Shown in pieces: positions 1-10,013 of a DNA stretch of 64,000 nt (position 1 is its first letter; every line of letters starts with the position of its first letter). The notes under the pieces were generated by a model. That model was not told where the DNA came from. It did not search any database and worked only from the letters and a program-made list of their open reading frames with translations. Origin of the DNA: an uncultured delta proteobacterium (GTDB taxonomy: Bacteria; Desulfobacterota; Binatia; DP-6); assembly GCA_963815115.1 (NCBI GenBank), contig CAWFFN010000012.1, positions 150,590 to 214,589 of the forward strand, read 5' to 3'. Position numbers and translations under genes: made by a program.

Positions 1-1401
1 GTCTACGAGCATGCCCCCGCGAACGAGGCTCTGGGCACGGTGCGCGCGTTCGAGGATCTGCCGCTGTTCTCCGGCCGCTCCACGCTCGAGGGCCTCTACA
101 TGCAGGGCTCTCCGACGTCGCCGTTCGTGTTCTACATCCAGTCGGAGATCTCGGAGGCGCAGTCCTGTCCGTTCCCCGACTGGCACTGCACCCGCTTCGA
201 CCTGGACCGCGGCCTCGACCATCTCCGCATGCTCAACGTCTCCCACTTCATCGTCCGCAGCGACGCGGTGAAGAAGGCGGCAGCGAAGCACCCCGGCTTG
301 CAGCACGAGGCCGACGTCGGCCCGTACGTCATCTACCGCATCCTCGGCAACGACGGCCGCTACGCCGTGCCGCTCACGGAGGCGCCGCAGCTGATCCTGG
401 GCAAGGACTGGAAGGACGTCTCGTATCGCTGGTTTCGCAGCGCCCGCCCGGACTCGGTGATCCCGGTCTTCGCGGAGAGCGTGACGCCGGAGGAGCAGGC
501 GCTGTTCGGCGGGACGTCGACCGACCTCCCGGCCGACATGCCGCACCGCTCGCTCGGGCCTCCTGCCGAGCTCACGGAGCACATGGCGGCGCAGGACCGC
601 ATCACCATCGACGGGACGCGTCCCGGTCAACCGGTCCTGATCCGCATCTCCTACCACCCGCGCTGGAGGGCGCTCACGGGCGAGAAGATCTGGCTCGCGG
701 GTCCGAGCTTCATGCTGGTCTTCCCGCGCGGCGACCGCGTCGAGCTGGAGTTCGGCAGCGGGCCGCCGGTCGTCCTGGGGCACGTCCTGACCGCGGTCGG
801 ACTGCTCGTCTTCCTGCTCGCCGTGCTCCCCAGCCGCCGGAGGCTCGGCGCGCTGCTGGCGGAGACGGGGGGGCGCGTCGGCTCCCTCGCGCCGGCGCGC
901 TGGGTCGTCGAGCCGATCAAGCGCACCGCGGCCTGGGGACCGGGGAGGCGTCGCGCAGCCCTGGCGCTCGCCATCGCGGTCAGCGTGGCGGTGGTCGGAT
1001 TCGCGACCGTCGTCAAGCGCAAGGTGCCCGCCGATCAGGTCTATCTGAAGGGCCAGGCGCTGTTCAACGCCGGGAAGATGGCGGAAGCGCGGCCGTACTT
1101 CCAGGAAGCCCAGCGCATGGCGCCGCTCTCGACGACGGCGATCCATTCGGCATACTTCGAAGGCATCACCTACATCCGCGAGAACAAGTGGAAGGAAGCG
1201 GAGGACGTCTTCACGCGGCTGGTCGCTCGCTTCCCGGACGGCCTGAACGCGCCCGAGGCGCAGTACCACGTCGGGCTCTGCCGGCAGCAGCGCGGCGATC
1301 GCGCGGGCGCGATCGCGGCCTGGGAGGAGACGCGCACGCGCTTCCCGGACAGCCCGTGGGCGGGGCACGCGAGCGAGCGGCTCGCCGAAATCCGCCGATG
1401 A
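1..1401 (+). CDS. Membrane protein with C-terminal TPR domain, 5'-truncated by the window edge; first gene of the envelope sugar-modification operon
   Basis: Frame 1 is open from base 1. The protein-like sequence has TM segments (LTAVGLLVFLLAVL; ALALAIAVSVAVVGF) followed by TPR-like repeats (YLKGQALFNAGKMAEARPYFQEAQ...). Its stop overlaps the next start (ATGA). Confidence 0.55.
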   Translation, partial: VYEHAPANEALGTVRAFEDLPLFSGRSTLEGLYMQGSPTSPFVFYIQSEISEAQSCPFPDWHCTRFDLDRGLDHLRMLNVSHFIVRSDAVKKAAAKHPGLQHEADVGPYVIYRILGNDGRYAVPLTEAPQLILGKDWKDVSYRWFRSARPDSVIPVFAESVTPEEQALFGGTSTDLPADMPHRSLGPPAELTEHMAAQDRITIDGTRPGQPVLIRISYHPRWRALTGEKIWLAGPSFMLVFPRGDRVELEFGSGPPVVLGHVLTAVGLLVFLLAVLPSRRRLGALLAETGGRVGSLAPARWVVEPIKRTAAWGPGRRRAALALAIAVSVAVVGFATVVKRKVPADQVYLKGQALFNAGKMAEARPYFQEAQRMAPLSTTAIHSAYFEGITYIRENKWKEAEDVFTRLVARFPDGLNAPEAQYHVGLCRQQRGDRAGAIAAWEETRTRFPDSPWAGHASERLAEIRR

Positions 1402-2276
1402 AGGTCGTGTTTCATGCCGACGATTTCGGCCTGACCGCGGCCATCAACGACGGCATCCTCGAAGCCTACGAGCGCGGCGTCCTGCGCAGCACCTCGCTCA
1501 TCGTGACGGCCGAGGCGGCGGCGCACGGCGTCGCGGCTGCCAGGACGGCTCCCGGGCTGGACGTCGGAGTCCATCTCACCCTGGTCGAGGAGCGTCCCGT
1601 GCTTCCGCCCGAGCGCGTCCCGACTCTCGTCGCCGGCGACCGGTTCCTGCCGACCCACGCCGCGGTCGGCGCGCGCTTCCTGACGGGACGCTGGCGGCCC
1701 GCGGAGGCACGCGCCGAGCTCGCCGCGCAGCTCGAGCGATTCGCCGCATCGGGCCTCGTGCCGTCTCATCTCGACGGGCACCAGCACCTCCACCTCCTGC
1801 CGGGCGTGCTGCCCTTCGTCGTCACCGAGGCGCGACGGCGCGGCATCCGCTTCGTGCGCACGGCGCTCGGGGACGCCGCCTCCCGACCCGCGCAGGCGGT
1901 GCGTGCCCTGACCCTGCACGCCACCAACGCCGTGTCGCGGCTCGCGTCGCGCGGCGTGGCTCCGGCGGAGCGCCGCGGCCTGATCCCGTTCCGGACCATC
2001 GGGTTCCTGCATGCCGGTGGCGGCATGACGCTCGCGGATCTCCTCGCAGCGCTCGACCGAGTCGGGCGGCGATCGCCGGCCGAGGTCGTCGAGGTGATGC
2101 TCCATCCCGGCCGGCGCGACGCCGAGACCGAGCGGCGCTACCGGCACTGGGGATATCGCTGGGAGAACGATCTCGCCCTCCTGCTGGACGCGAGGCTGCC
2201 GGATGCCCTCGCGCGGCGCGGAATCGAATGGACGTCCTTCCGCGCCCTCGCGACCGCCAGCGAGCTTCGCTCGTGA
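1398..2276 (+). CDS. YdjC/ChbG-family carbohydrate deacetylase (HpnK-like)
   Basis: N-terminus MKVVFHADDFGLTAAINDGILEAYERGVLRSTSLIV and the HLDGHQHLH motif are typical of YdjC/HpnK deacetylases. 4-nt ATGA overlap with the upstream gene. Confidence 0.8.
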   Translation: MKVVFHADDFGLTAAINDGILEAYERGVLRSTSLIVTAEAAAHGVAAARTAPGLDVGVHLTLVEERPVLPPERVPTLVAGDRFLPTHAAVGARFLTGRWRPAEARAELAAQLERFAASGLVPSHLDGHQHLHLLPGVLPFVVTEARRRGIRFVRTALGDAASRPAQAVRALTLHATNAVSRLASRGVAPAERRGLIPFRTIGFLHAGGGMTLADLLAALDRVGRRSPAEVVEVMLHPGRRDAETERRYRHWGYRWENDLALLLDARLPDALARRGIEWTSFRALATASELRS

Positions 2277-2294
2277 GCCTGCCGCATCGGTGCC

Positions 2295-3389
2295 GTGATG
2301 GCTGAGCGCTCGTGGAGCACCCGGAGCTACGTCCCCGCCGATGTGGACGGCATCCTCGCGTTGCGCCGGGCGGTCTTTGGCGACCTCGACCGCGTGCGGC
2401 TGAAGCCCGACATCTGGCGCTGGCAGTTCGTCGACAACCCTGCCGGCGCCGGCTACGTCCGGCTCGCCGAGCGCGACGGGACGATCGTGGGTCAGTACGC
2501 GGCGATCCCCACCCGCTTCCGGCTGAACGCCGGGGCAGGGGAGGAGCGGATCTTCGCGATGTCCTGCGACACCATGACCCATCCCGACTACCAGCGGCAG
2601 GGCATGTTCGTCACGCTGGCCCAGGAGCTCTACGCCGAGCTCGCGGATCAGCACGGGGTGTCCACCGTGTGGGGATTCCCCAACGCCGCCTCGCACCCCG
2701 GATTCGTCGGCCGTCTCGGCTGGTTCGACATCCACGTGTTCCCCACCCGCGTGAAACCCATCCGCAGCGCGCCCGTGTTCAAGCGCTACCTCCGCTGGGG
2801 CGTGCTCTCCGGGGCGCTGGGCGCGCTCGCCGACCGCGCCTACCAGCTCGCCACCCCTCGTGTCGCGCCGCCTCGGCGCTGCGAGATCCGCCCGCTGGCG
2901 TCGTTCGACGAGCGCTTCGACGCCCTCTGGCTGCGCCATCGAGCGCTGGCGCCGATCGTGCAGGTCCGCACCCGCGACCATCTCAACTGGCGCTACTGCG
3001 CGGTGCCGGAGTTCGGCTACCGTCCGTTCGCCGTCTTCGTCGGCGGCGCGCTCGAGGGCTACGTCGTGGTCCGCACCCTGACGCTCTTCGATCTTCCCTT
3101 CGCGGCCATGGTCGATCTCTTTCCCTGCCCGGTGGTCGACGCCGAGATCACGCGCGAGGTGCTGAGCTTCGCGCAGATCGAGGCGGAGCGCGCGGGCGCG
3201 GCGTTCCTGACCGCGTTGCTGCCGCCCGCGCACGCCTCGCATCTCACTCGCTTCGGCTTCCTGAAGGTCCCCGGCTTCCTGAACCTCCGGCCCTGGTATC
3301 TCGGCGCGCGCTGCCCGGCGGCCGACCAATCCCTGCTGCGCGACATCGACCACTGGTACGTCACCTATGGCGACGCCGACATCGTCTGA
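2295..3389 (+). CDS. GNAT-family N-acetyltransferase (~364 aa, extended)
   Basis: Acetyl-CoA-binding-like motif DYQRQGMFVTLAQELYAELADQHGVSTVWGFPN. Protein-like composition, unlike the overlapping R/P-rich shadow ORFs. Confidence 0.65.
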   Translation: MMAERSWSTRSYVPADVDGILALRRAVFGDLDRVRLKPDIWRWQFVDNPAGAGYVRLAERDGTIVGQYAAIPTRFRLNAGAGEERIFAMSCDTMTHPDYQRQGMFVTLAQELYAELADQHGVSTVWGFPNAASHPGFVGRLGWFDIHVFPTRVKPIRSAPVFKRYLRWGVLSGALGALADRAYQLATPRVAPPRRCEIRPLASFDERFDALWLRHRALAPIVQVRTRDHLNWRYCAVPEFGYRPFAVFVGGALEGYVVVRTLTLFDLPFAAMVDLFPCPVVDAEITREVLSFAQIEAERAGAAFLTALLPPAHASHLTRFGFLKVPGFLNLRPWYLGARCPAADQSLLRDIDHWYVTYGDADIV

Positions 3390-4083
3390 CGCCCGCACCC
3401 CCTTCACCGTCGGCATCCCGGTGTACAACGAGGAGGCGATCCTGGTCCCCAACACCGAGCGCCTGCTCGCCTACCTCGACCGCTTCGGACGCCAGTACGA
3501 GGTGCTCATCGGGTCCAACGGCTCGACCGACTCGACGACGGCGCTCGGCATCGACCTGACCCGGCGCTTCCCGCAGGTCGCGTTCTTCCACGTGCCGGAG
3601 CGTGGCGTGGGGCTGGCCTTCCGCGAGTTCATTCGCCAGGCACGCTATCCCCTGCTCGTCTCGGTCGACATGGATCTCTCCATCGACCTCGACTTCGTCA
3701 AGCGCGCCCTCACCCTGCTCGAGGATCACGACATCGTCGTCGGCTCGAAGAAGCTCGGGAAGCAGAAGCGGTCGTTCGTGCGGCGCGTCGCGTCCGACAC
3801 CTTCCTCCGCATTGCCCGCGTGCTGCTCGGCATCGACTACGACGACTACTCGATCGCGGCCAAGGGCTACCGCGTCGAGACCGTGCGCCGCTTCGCGGAT
3901 CGCATCAACGAGGGCTCGTCGTACGTCATCGAGATGTGCTTCCTCACCAAGCGGGCCGGCGGACGGATCGTCCAGATCCCGGTGGAATGCGAGGACTGGC
4001 GCAAGTCGAAGTTCAACCTGGTGCACGAGGCGTTGTACAAGTACACCCATCTCGTCGGGCTCTGGCTGCGCGGGGGGCGATGA
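3367..4083 (+). CDS. Family-2 glycosyltransferase (polyprenyl-phosphate sugar synthase-like, DPM1/ArnC-like)
   Basis: FTVGIPVYNEEAILVPNTERLLAYLD...YEVLIGSNGSTDST...SVDMDLS are GT2 hallmarks (DxD-like region). Size 238 aa. Confidence 0.8.
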   Translation: MATPTSSDARTPFTVGIPVYNEEAILVPNTERLLAYLDRFGRQYEVLIGSNGSTDSTTALGIDLTRRFPQVAFFHVPERGVGLAFREFIRQARYPLLVSVDMDLSIDLDFVKRALTLLEDHDIVVGSKKLGKQKRSFVRRVASDTFLRIARVLLGIDYDDYSIAAKGYRVETVRRFADRINEGSSYVIEMCFLTKRAGGRIVQIPVECEDWRKSKFNLVHEALYKYTHLVGLWLRGGR

Positions 4084-4493
4084 GCGACGCGGCGCTCGAG
4101 GCCGAGGCTCGCATCTTCGGCCGCTACCTGGTCGGCCGCCCGCCGGAGCCGGCGCTCGTGGCGCGCTACGGCGCGGCTTGCCGGACGCTCTGGCCGTCAC
4201 CGCCCGGGCCGCGCGACGCGGCCGTGCTGGCGTTCGTGCGGCGGCGTCCCTGGAGCATCGGGCCGCTCGACGCGGCTGCCGCGCTGCTCGACCCCGGCGG
4301 TCTCCTGCGCAGCAAGGTGCTGGTGATGAGCGCCCTGCTCGAGGCGACGCCGGCCCACGCGGACGACTTCCTGCCGCGCGCGGCGTCGACCCCGGCACTG
4401 CTCTGGCGGCTGGCGGCGTCGGGCGCCGTCGCGGTCGCCCAGGCGGCCGCCGGCGTATTGCTCTATCGGCTCGCCGCCCGCGCGCGCGCATGA
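4080..4493 (+). CDS. Hypothetical small protein (137 aa)
   Basis: ATGA-coupled at both ends (upstream stop 4081-4083, downstream start 4490). Composition is borderline. Confidence 0.45.
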   Translation: MSDAALEAEARIFGRYLVGRPPEPALVARYGAACRTLWPSPPGPRDAAVLAFVRRRPWSIGPLDAAAALLDPGGLLRSKVLVMSALLEATPAHADDFLPRAASTPALLWRLAASGAVAVAQAAAGVLLYRLAARARA

Positions 4494-6094
4494 CCGACGT
4501 GATCGTCGTCGGCTCGGGCCCGGGAGGGACCAACGCCGCGGCCCGCCTCGTCGAAGCGGGCCGCAGCGTGCTGATGCTCGACTTCGGGAACCGTGACGCG
4601 CGCTATGCCGATCTCGTTCCCGACCGGCCGTTCCTCCAGATCCGCCACGAGGACCGGGAGCAGCATCGCTATCTCCTCGGCGAGACGTTCGAGGGCATCC
4701 CCTTCGGCGCCGTACGGGTCGGCGCGCAGCTGACGCCGCCGCGCAGCTATGCCCTGGCCGACGCGCCCGAGCGCATGCCGGTCGACGCGCCGGGCTTCGC
4801 GGTCTCGATGAGCCTGGCACGCGGCGGGCTCGGGGTGGCGTGGGGAGCCGGGGTGTTCCCGTTCTCCGACGACGAGCTGCGCGCGATGCATCTCGACCTG
4901 GCGACGATGCAGCCGCACTACGACGCCGTCGCGGCGCGCATCGGCGTGGCGGGCGCGCGGGACGACCTGCTGCGCTTCTACCCCCCCAGCCCGGACATGA
5001 TGCCGGCGCTCGACGCCGACACCAACGGCACGATCGTGCTCGAGCGCTACCTGCGCCAGCGTGCCCGGCTCAACGCCGACGGGTTCTTCCTCGGCCGGCC
5101 GCGCATCGCGGTGTGCTCGGAGCCGTTCCGGGGGCGGCTGGCGTACCCCTACTACGACCTCGATTTCTGGTCCGACCCCGGGCGCAGCATCTACCGCCCG
5201 ATGTGGACCCTGGACGAGCTCGAGCGGAAGCCCGGCTTCACCTATCGGCCGCGCTGCCTCGTTCGCGGCTTCGTGGAGGACGGGGCGGGTGTGCGCGTCG
5301 AGGCGACGCACGCCGACACCGGCGCGCGCGAGCGCCACGAGGCGCGGGCCCTCGTGCTCGCGGCCGGGACCTTTGGCACCGCCCGTCTGGTCCTGCGCTC
5401 GCTCGAGCGCTACGACACGCCGGTGCCGCTGGTCTCGAACCCCTACACGTACGTGCCGACGCTGAACCTCGGCATGATCGGGCGGCCGACGCGCGACCCG
5501 CGCTCGAGCCAGGGCCAGCTGACGGCAATCCTCGAGCGCCAGGAGCCGTGGCATCGCCTGGTGCAGGCGCAGGTCTTCTCCTATCGCTCGCTCCTGACCT
5601 TCAAGCTCATGAAGGAGCTGCCCCTCGCGGCGCGCCAGTCGCGCCGCATGCTCCAGGTTCTCATGCCGTGCTTCGCCATCCTCGGGATTCACCACGAGGA
5701 CCGGCCGGGCGCCGCCAAGACGTGCACGCTCCGGCGGGGCCCGGGCGACGGTCCGGACACGCTCGCCATCCGCTACCAGCCCAGCGAGGAGGAGGAGCAC
5801 ATGCAGCGGGAGGACGAGAGAGCGCTGCTGCGCTGCTTCCGGCGGCTCGGCTGCCTGCCGCTCAAGCGCATCCGGCCGGGACACGGCTCCAGCATCCACT
5901 ACGCCGGGACGTTCCCGATCACGGCCGAGGACCGCCCGCTCACCTGCGACCACGACAGCCGGCTGCGCGGCACCCGCGCCGTGTACCTGGCGGACGGCTC
6001 GGTCTTTCCCTGGCTGCCGCCGAAGGGCCTCACCTTCAACATCATGGCGAACGCCGATCGCGTCGGTGCCATCGTCGCGGAGCGGCTGCAATGA
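4490..6094 (+). CDS. FAD-dependent oxidoreductase, GMC family-like
   Basis: N-terminal Rossmann MTDVIVVGSGPGGTNAAARLVEAGRSVLMLD and C-terminal HYAGTFPI...ADGSVFP motifs are typical of GMC oxidoreductases. Start overlaps the upstream stop. Confidence 0.75.
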   Translation: MTDVIVVGSGPGGTNAAARLVEAGRSVLMLDFGNRDARYADLVPDRPFLQIRHEDREQHRYLLGETFEGIPFGAVRVGAQLTPPRSYALADAPERMPVDAPGFAVSMSLARGGLGVAWGAGVFPFSDDELRAMHLDLATMQPHYDAVAARIGVAGARDDLLRFYPPSPDMMPALDADTNGTIVLERYLRQRARLNADGFFLGRPRIAVCSEPFRGRLAYPYYDLDFWSDPGRSIYRPMWTLDELERKPGFTYRPRCLVRGFVEDGAGVRVEATHADTGARERHEARALVLAAGTFGTARLVLRSLERYDTPVPLVSNPYTYVPTLNLGMIGRPTRDPRSSQGQLTAILERQEPWHRLVQAQVFSYRSLLTFKLMKELPLAARQSRRMLQVLMPCFAILGIHHEDRPGAAKTCTLRRGPGDGPDTLAIRYQPSEEEEHMQREDERALLRCFRRLGCLPLKRIRPGHGSSIHYAGTFPITAEDRPLTCDHDSRLRGTRAVYLADGSVFPWLPPKGLTFNIMANADRVGAIVAERLQ

Positions 6095-6969
6095 GTGCCG
6101 CCGCGAAGGTGGTCGCCGTGACCGGCGCCTCCGGATTCATCGGCGGCGCACTGTGCCGGATGCTGGCCGGCCGCGGCTGGGAGGTTCGCGCGCTGGTGCG
6201 CTCACCGGAGCGCTTCACGGGCGTCCCGGGCGTGCGTCCCGCGCGCTGCGACCTGCCGGACTCGATCGACGAGACGGCGCTCGCCGGTGCGGCGGCCGTC
6301 GTGCACTGCGCCTACGCCACGCGCGAGACCGACCTCGAGCGGGCGCGGCGGGTGAACGAGGACGGCACGCGCGTGCTCCTGGAGAGAGCGCGCCGCGCGG
6401 GCGCGCGCGTGGTGTTCGTCTCGACGATCGCCGCCGCCGCGGACGCGCCCAGCTACTACGCGCGCAGCAAGCACGCCCTCGAGGAGCTCTTCGACCCGGC
6501 GCGCGACGCGATCGTGCGTCCCGGCCTGGTGATCGGCCCGGGCGGCCACGGGCTCTTCCAGCAGCTGCTCGACAACATGCGCCGGCTGCGCGTCGTTCCG
6601 CTGTTCGGCGGGGGCCGCCAGCCCCTGCAGACCGTGCACGTGGACGATCTGTGCGAGGCCATCATCCGCGTCCTGGAGCGCGACCTGAGCGGCGCCTACA
6701 ACGTCGCGGAGCCGGATCCGCCGACGCTCGGTGCGTTCCTGCGCACGATGGCGGCGAGGCTCGGCATCCGCTGCGTGTTCGTGCCGCTGCCGTTCGCGCC
6801 CGTCCTCGCCGGCGTGCGGGCGCTGGAGGGGATGCGCGTGCCGTTTCCTCTCAGGTCGGAGAGCCTCCTCGGGTTGCAAGGGCTGCGGCGCGTCGCCGTC
6901 GACGACGATCTCCGCCGCCTCGGACTCCGGGTGCGTCCCGCGGCGGAGAGCCTCGCTTCGGTGGATTGA
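6091..6969 (+). CDS. NAD-dependent epimerase/dehydratase
   Basis: VVAVTGASGFIGGALCRML Rossmann motif and a YxxxK region (YYARSKHALEE). ATGA overlap with the upstream gene. The last 131 nt are repeated at 10014-10146. Confidence 0.8.
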   Translation: MSAAAKVVAVTGASGFIGGALCRMLAGRGWEVRALVRSPERFTGVPGVRPARCDLPDSIDETALAGAAAVVHCAYATRETDLERARRVNEDGTRVLLERARRAGARVVFVSTIAAAADAPSYYARSKHALEELFDPARDAIVRPGLVIGPGGHGLFQQLLDNMRRLRVVPLFGGGRQPLQTVHVDDLCEAIIRVLERDLSGAYNVAEPDPPTLGAFLRTMAARLGIRCVFVPLPFAPVLAGVRALEGMRVPFPLRSESLLGLQGLRRVAVDDDLRRLGLRVRPAAESLASVD

Positions 6970-6984
6970 AGGGCGGAGCTGGGC

Positions 6985-9885
6985 TCAACCCTCGTGCCCG
7001 AGGCAGCCGGGCATGAGCTGGAGCTGGAGCGTATCGACCTGGTGCAGGTGCGCCACCGCGAGGTAGTCCCCCTGCGCGGCGAGCGCCGAGGTGCCGGTCG
7101 TCCCGAGCGCCAGGAGCTTGGTCAGGTTCTCCCGCACGAGCAGCTTTCCGGTCTCGTCCTGGATCGAGAGCCGTGCCGCCTGCGGCGAGAGCGTCGCGAC
7201 CCATCCGTTCCCCACGGCGATCGGTGAGCAGTCGCCCAGCCGGACTCCCCAGCCAGGCGACACCACCGCCGGGAAGCGCCGCACGATCGTTCCCGAGCCG
7301 GTATCGAGGACCTGGATCTCCTGCTCGGCCGAGGCGAGGAAGAGCAGGTCCCCGCTGGCGGCGATCCCCGTCCATGCGCCTTCCGGCAGGGGCCACGGGG
7401 GCGCGGGAGCGGCGCTCAGCCGGCCGCTGAGAGCGTCGACGGCCCACCAGGTATCGCGCGCGAACGCGGCGCATGCGTGTCCGATGCTGTCGGGCAGTGC
7501 CGGCACCTGCGTGCGGGCGGCCAGAGCCCCCTTCCCGATGCGCGTCTCGCCGCCATGACGGTCGAGCAGCCGCACCACCGGTGCGCTGCCGTCCCGGGTG
7601 TCGACGCCCATCGCGACCGGCTCCTGGACCGTGAACTTGTGCGGGCCCACGCTCACGAAGTCGTAGCTTCCGACGATCCAAACGGGGACGGCACCCTGCC
7701 CGGGCAGGCTGCCGAGAGAGAGCGCATCGTTGGCCTGATTGCTCGATCCCCTCTTCACCAGGTTCGCGCACCCCCGTGCGGCATCGAGGCTCAGGAACTG
7801 CTCGAGGGCGTTCCGTGTCTCGGGCCACCTCGAGCGCGGCGTCCGGATCTGGAGGGGAGGAACGCCTTCCTCCGCGGGCCGTTGCCCCGCGACCCCGAGC
7901 GGCGGCTCGGCCAGGCTGACCGGCGTTCCGCCCGCGGCCTGAAGTCGGTTGGCGAGCGCGAGCTCCCAGCGGGTAGGGTGCCTGAACTCCCAGACGATGG
8001 TCTCGGCATCGCCGGTCCGGATCTGCGCGTCGAGATAGGTGAGCGGCGACTTGACGTCGGAGGCATACAGCCTGAGCACGCTCGGGAGCGAGGTCTCGCG
8101 GTCGACGTTGCGGAGCGCCGAGTACAGATCGATGAACCGCTCCGGCTTGCCAGCGCCGAGCGCCGCCAGCTTGCCGTACAGGCGAAGCCCCCCCGGCGCG
8201 GTCGGATTCTCGCGCTGCTCGTCGCTGTCCACGAGCACGACCGAGCTCCCGCCCGCGATCTCGTGCCCCCAGCGCCGGCCGTCGCGCGCGCATCCGAGGC
8301 ACGTGATGCCGTCGCCGAAGCCGCTCTCGCCGAAGGGGATCTTCGTTCCGTGAGCCGGGGGCAGGGCGGCGTACAGCAGGCCCAGGCCGCCACCGGACCA
8401 TGCGGCGAGCGCCAGGACCGCACCAGCGAACACCGTGCGCCGCGCGCCGGGCGATACCTCGACGAGGGGACGCATGCGGGCGAGGACGACGCCGCCGTGC
8501 GCGGCGAGGGCGCACCATGCCAGGTCGAAGATCAGGAAGCGCCGCGCGGTGGCCGCGCTGAGGACCGGCAGGGCGAGACCGCCGAGCGCGAGCGCGATCC
8601 AGAGATACCAGGCTCTGAGCGCTCGCAGCCTGGCGAGGCCGATGAGCCCCAGGAGAACCACCGGCAGGAGGCACAAGCCTCCGTGCGCGAAACCCGGGTC
8701 CAGCGCCGTCCCCGGACCCGTTGCCGGTCGTTCCCAGAGCGCGTTCAGATCCTCCGCTCGTCCGTTCCAGAAGTACGTCCGCAGCGTCGGCGCCAGCTGT
8801 TGGCGCAGGTTGTCGTGGATGCTGCCGAGCAGCGTGCCGTAGATCACCTCGGAGCGGTTTCCGACATAGCCGGGATAGCGCGGCCACAGCGATGCCAGCG
8901 TCGGCATTCCCACGGCGAGCACGCCGGCGGCCACGAACCCCGATCCCAGGCACAGTGGAAGCACCACCCACTGGCGGCGCACGGATCCCGCCGCACGCAT
9001 CCCCGCGAGCAACGCCAGGAGCGAGAGCGGGATCGCGACCCGCGCGGCGTAGTAATGGTAGACTGACGTGCACGCGACCACACCGGCCAGGAGCGCCAGC
9101 GCGATGCTCCGCGCGCATCCCGCCGCGCGCATCCCCGCGAGCAGCGCCAGGAGCGAGAGCGGAATCGCGACCCGCGCGGCGTAGTAGTCATAGACCGACG
9201 TCCACGCGACCACACCGGCGAGGAGCGCCAGCGCGACGCTCCTGCGCGAGCCGGCGCGATGGGCGAGCCAGAGGACGAGGAGCGTGTGGGGAACCGCCGC
9301 GATCTGCAGCCCGCCGAGGCGTGCCCAGGTGATCTGCAACGGGGAGACGGCGACCAGTCCCGCGAACGCGAGGCCGAACGCCGGCGACACGACCGCCCGC
9401 CCGACGAGCCAGGCCAGCACGACGGCGAGGATCCCGCACAGGCTCCCGATGTACTGCGGCAGCTCGAGCGACGGTCCCAGGGTGGCGACGGCGAGCGCGT
9501 TCACCGGCACCATGACGGCGGATTCCTGGGGCCAGTTCACCTGCGTCGAGGAGAGCACCGTCCTCCAGCGGTCCCACAGGCCGCCCTTCACGAGCAGTGT
9601 GGCGGCGTCCACCACGCCCGCTTCGGGGAAGAACAAGCGCGGCTGGTGCTCGGAGGTCGCGAAGAGGGTCCGCAGGAGTGCGGCGAGCACGACGATGCCG
9701 AGGAGGAGGCCCAGCTCCTGGCGCCGCGGGATGGGAGGGATCGCGGGGACCGGCCGGCGGCGCCCCCGGATCGACGCCACGACGATCGCGAGCACGATCA
9801 GGGCCCCGAGCACGATGAGCCCTCGCTCTGCGCGGCCCGAGAGCTCGAGCCAGCGCAGCGCGCCGACCGGGACAGGCGGCTGCAC
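6985..9885 (-). CDS. GT-C fold membrane glycosyltransferase-like protein (GT39/ArnT/PMT-like N-terminus, large periplasmic C-terminal domain), paralog 1 (966 aa)
   Basis: Multi-TM N-terminal half resembles the ArnT/PMT lipid-carrier-dependent glycosyltransferase architecture. About 500 aa of hydrophilic C-terminus. About 90% identical to the downstream paralog. Confidence 0.65.
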   Translation of the reverse strand: MQPPVPVGALRWLELSGRAERGLIVLGALIVLAIVVASIRGRRRPVPAIPPIPRRQELGLLLGIVVLAALLRTLFATSEHQPRLFFPEAGVVDAATLLVKGGLWDRWRTVLSSTQVNWPQESAVMVPVNALAVATLGPSLELPQYIGSLCGILAVVLAWLVGRAVVSPAFGLAFAGLVAVSPLQITWARLGGLQIAAVPHTLLVLWLAHRAGSRRSVALALLAGVVAWTSVYDYYAARVAIPLSLLALLAGMRAAGCARSIALALLAGVVACTSVYHYYAARVAIPLSLLALLAGMRAAGSVRRQWVVLPLCLGSGFVAAGVLAVGMPTLASLWPRYPGYVGNRSEVIYGTLLGSIHDNLRQQLAPTLRTYFWNGRAEDLNALWERPATGPGTALDPGFAHGGLCLLPVVLLGLIGLARLRALRAWYLWIALALGGLALPVLSAATARRFLIFDLAWCALAAHGGVVLARMRPLVEVSPGARRTVFAGAVLALAAWSGGGLGLLYAALPPAHGTKIPFGESGFGDGITCLGCARDGRRWGHEIAGGSSVVLVDSDEQRENPTAPGGLRLYGKLAALGAGKPERFIDLYSALRNVDRETSLPSVLRLYASDVKSPLTYLDAQIRTGDAETIVWEFRHPTRWELALANRLQAAGGTPVSLAEPPLGVAGQRPAEEGVPPLQIRTPRSRWPETRNALEQFLSLDAARGCANLVKRGSSNQANDALSLGSLPGQGAVPVWIVGSYDFVSVGPHKFTVQEPVAMGVDTRDGSAPVVRLLDRHGGETRIGKGALAARTQVPALPDSIGHACAAFARDTWWAVDALSGRLSAAPAPPWPLPEGAWTGIAASGDLLFLASAEQEIQVLDTGSGTIVRRFPAVVSPGWGVRLGDCSPIAVGNGWVATLSPQAARLSIQDETGKLLVRENLTKLLALGTTGTSALAAQGDYLAVAHLHQVDTLQLQLMPGCLGHEG
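8995..9260. repeat. In-frame tandem duplication (~130 bp x2) inside paralog 1
   Basis: Two adjacent near-identical DNA units starting ccccgcgagcARcgccaggagcgagagcgg at ~9001 and ~9133. They encode the repeated 43-aa segment ALALLAGVVAWTSVYDYYAARVAIPLSLLALLAGMRAAG and account for the 966 versus 923 aa length difference. Confidence 0.8.
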
Positions 9886-10013
9886 GTCGTGTCTTGTGCG
9901 CGCCGGCGCCGAATGCTGTCAAGAAGGAAGCGGAACGTTCATGCTCGCGCACGGCGTGCCACCGCGAGCAGGCTCGCTCCGACGTTCGGCGCGGAGAGTC
10001 ACGCCCGCGTGCG

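Noticed and set aside
1170-3455. 761-aa ORF on the minus strand
   Set aside because: Antisense shadow of the deacetylase/GNAT genes. Extreme R/A/G/P composition and no motifs.
4463-6091. 542-aa minus-strand ORF, and 4840-6969 709-aa plus-strand ORF
   Set aside because: Shadow ORFs over the oxidoreductase/epimerase genes. Arg-rich nonsense composition.
3602-6094. 830-aa plus-strand ORF
   Set aside because: Only the C-terminal 534 codons (from ATG 4490) are protein-like (the GMC oxidoreductase). The upstream part is an R/S/A-rich read-through of another frame.
6851-9118. 755-aa minus-strand ORF overlapping the GT-C gene in another frame (and its twin 10249-11481)
   Set aside because: Alternative-frame artefact of high GC. 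The GT-C frame has coherent TM/hydrophilic organisation instead.
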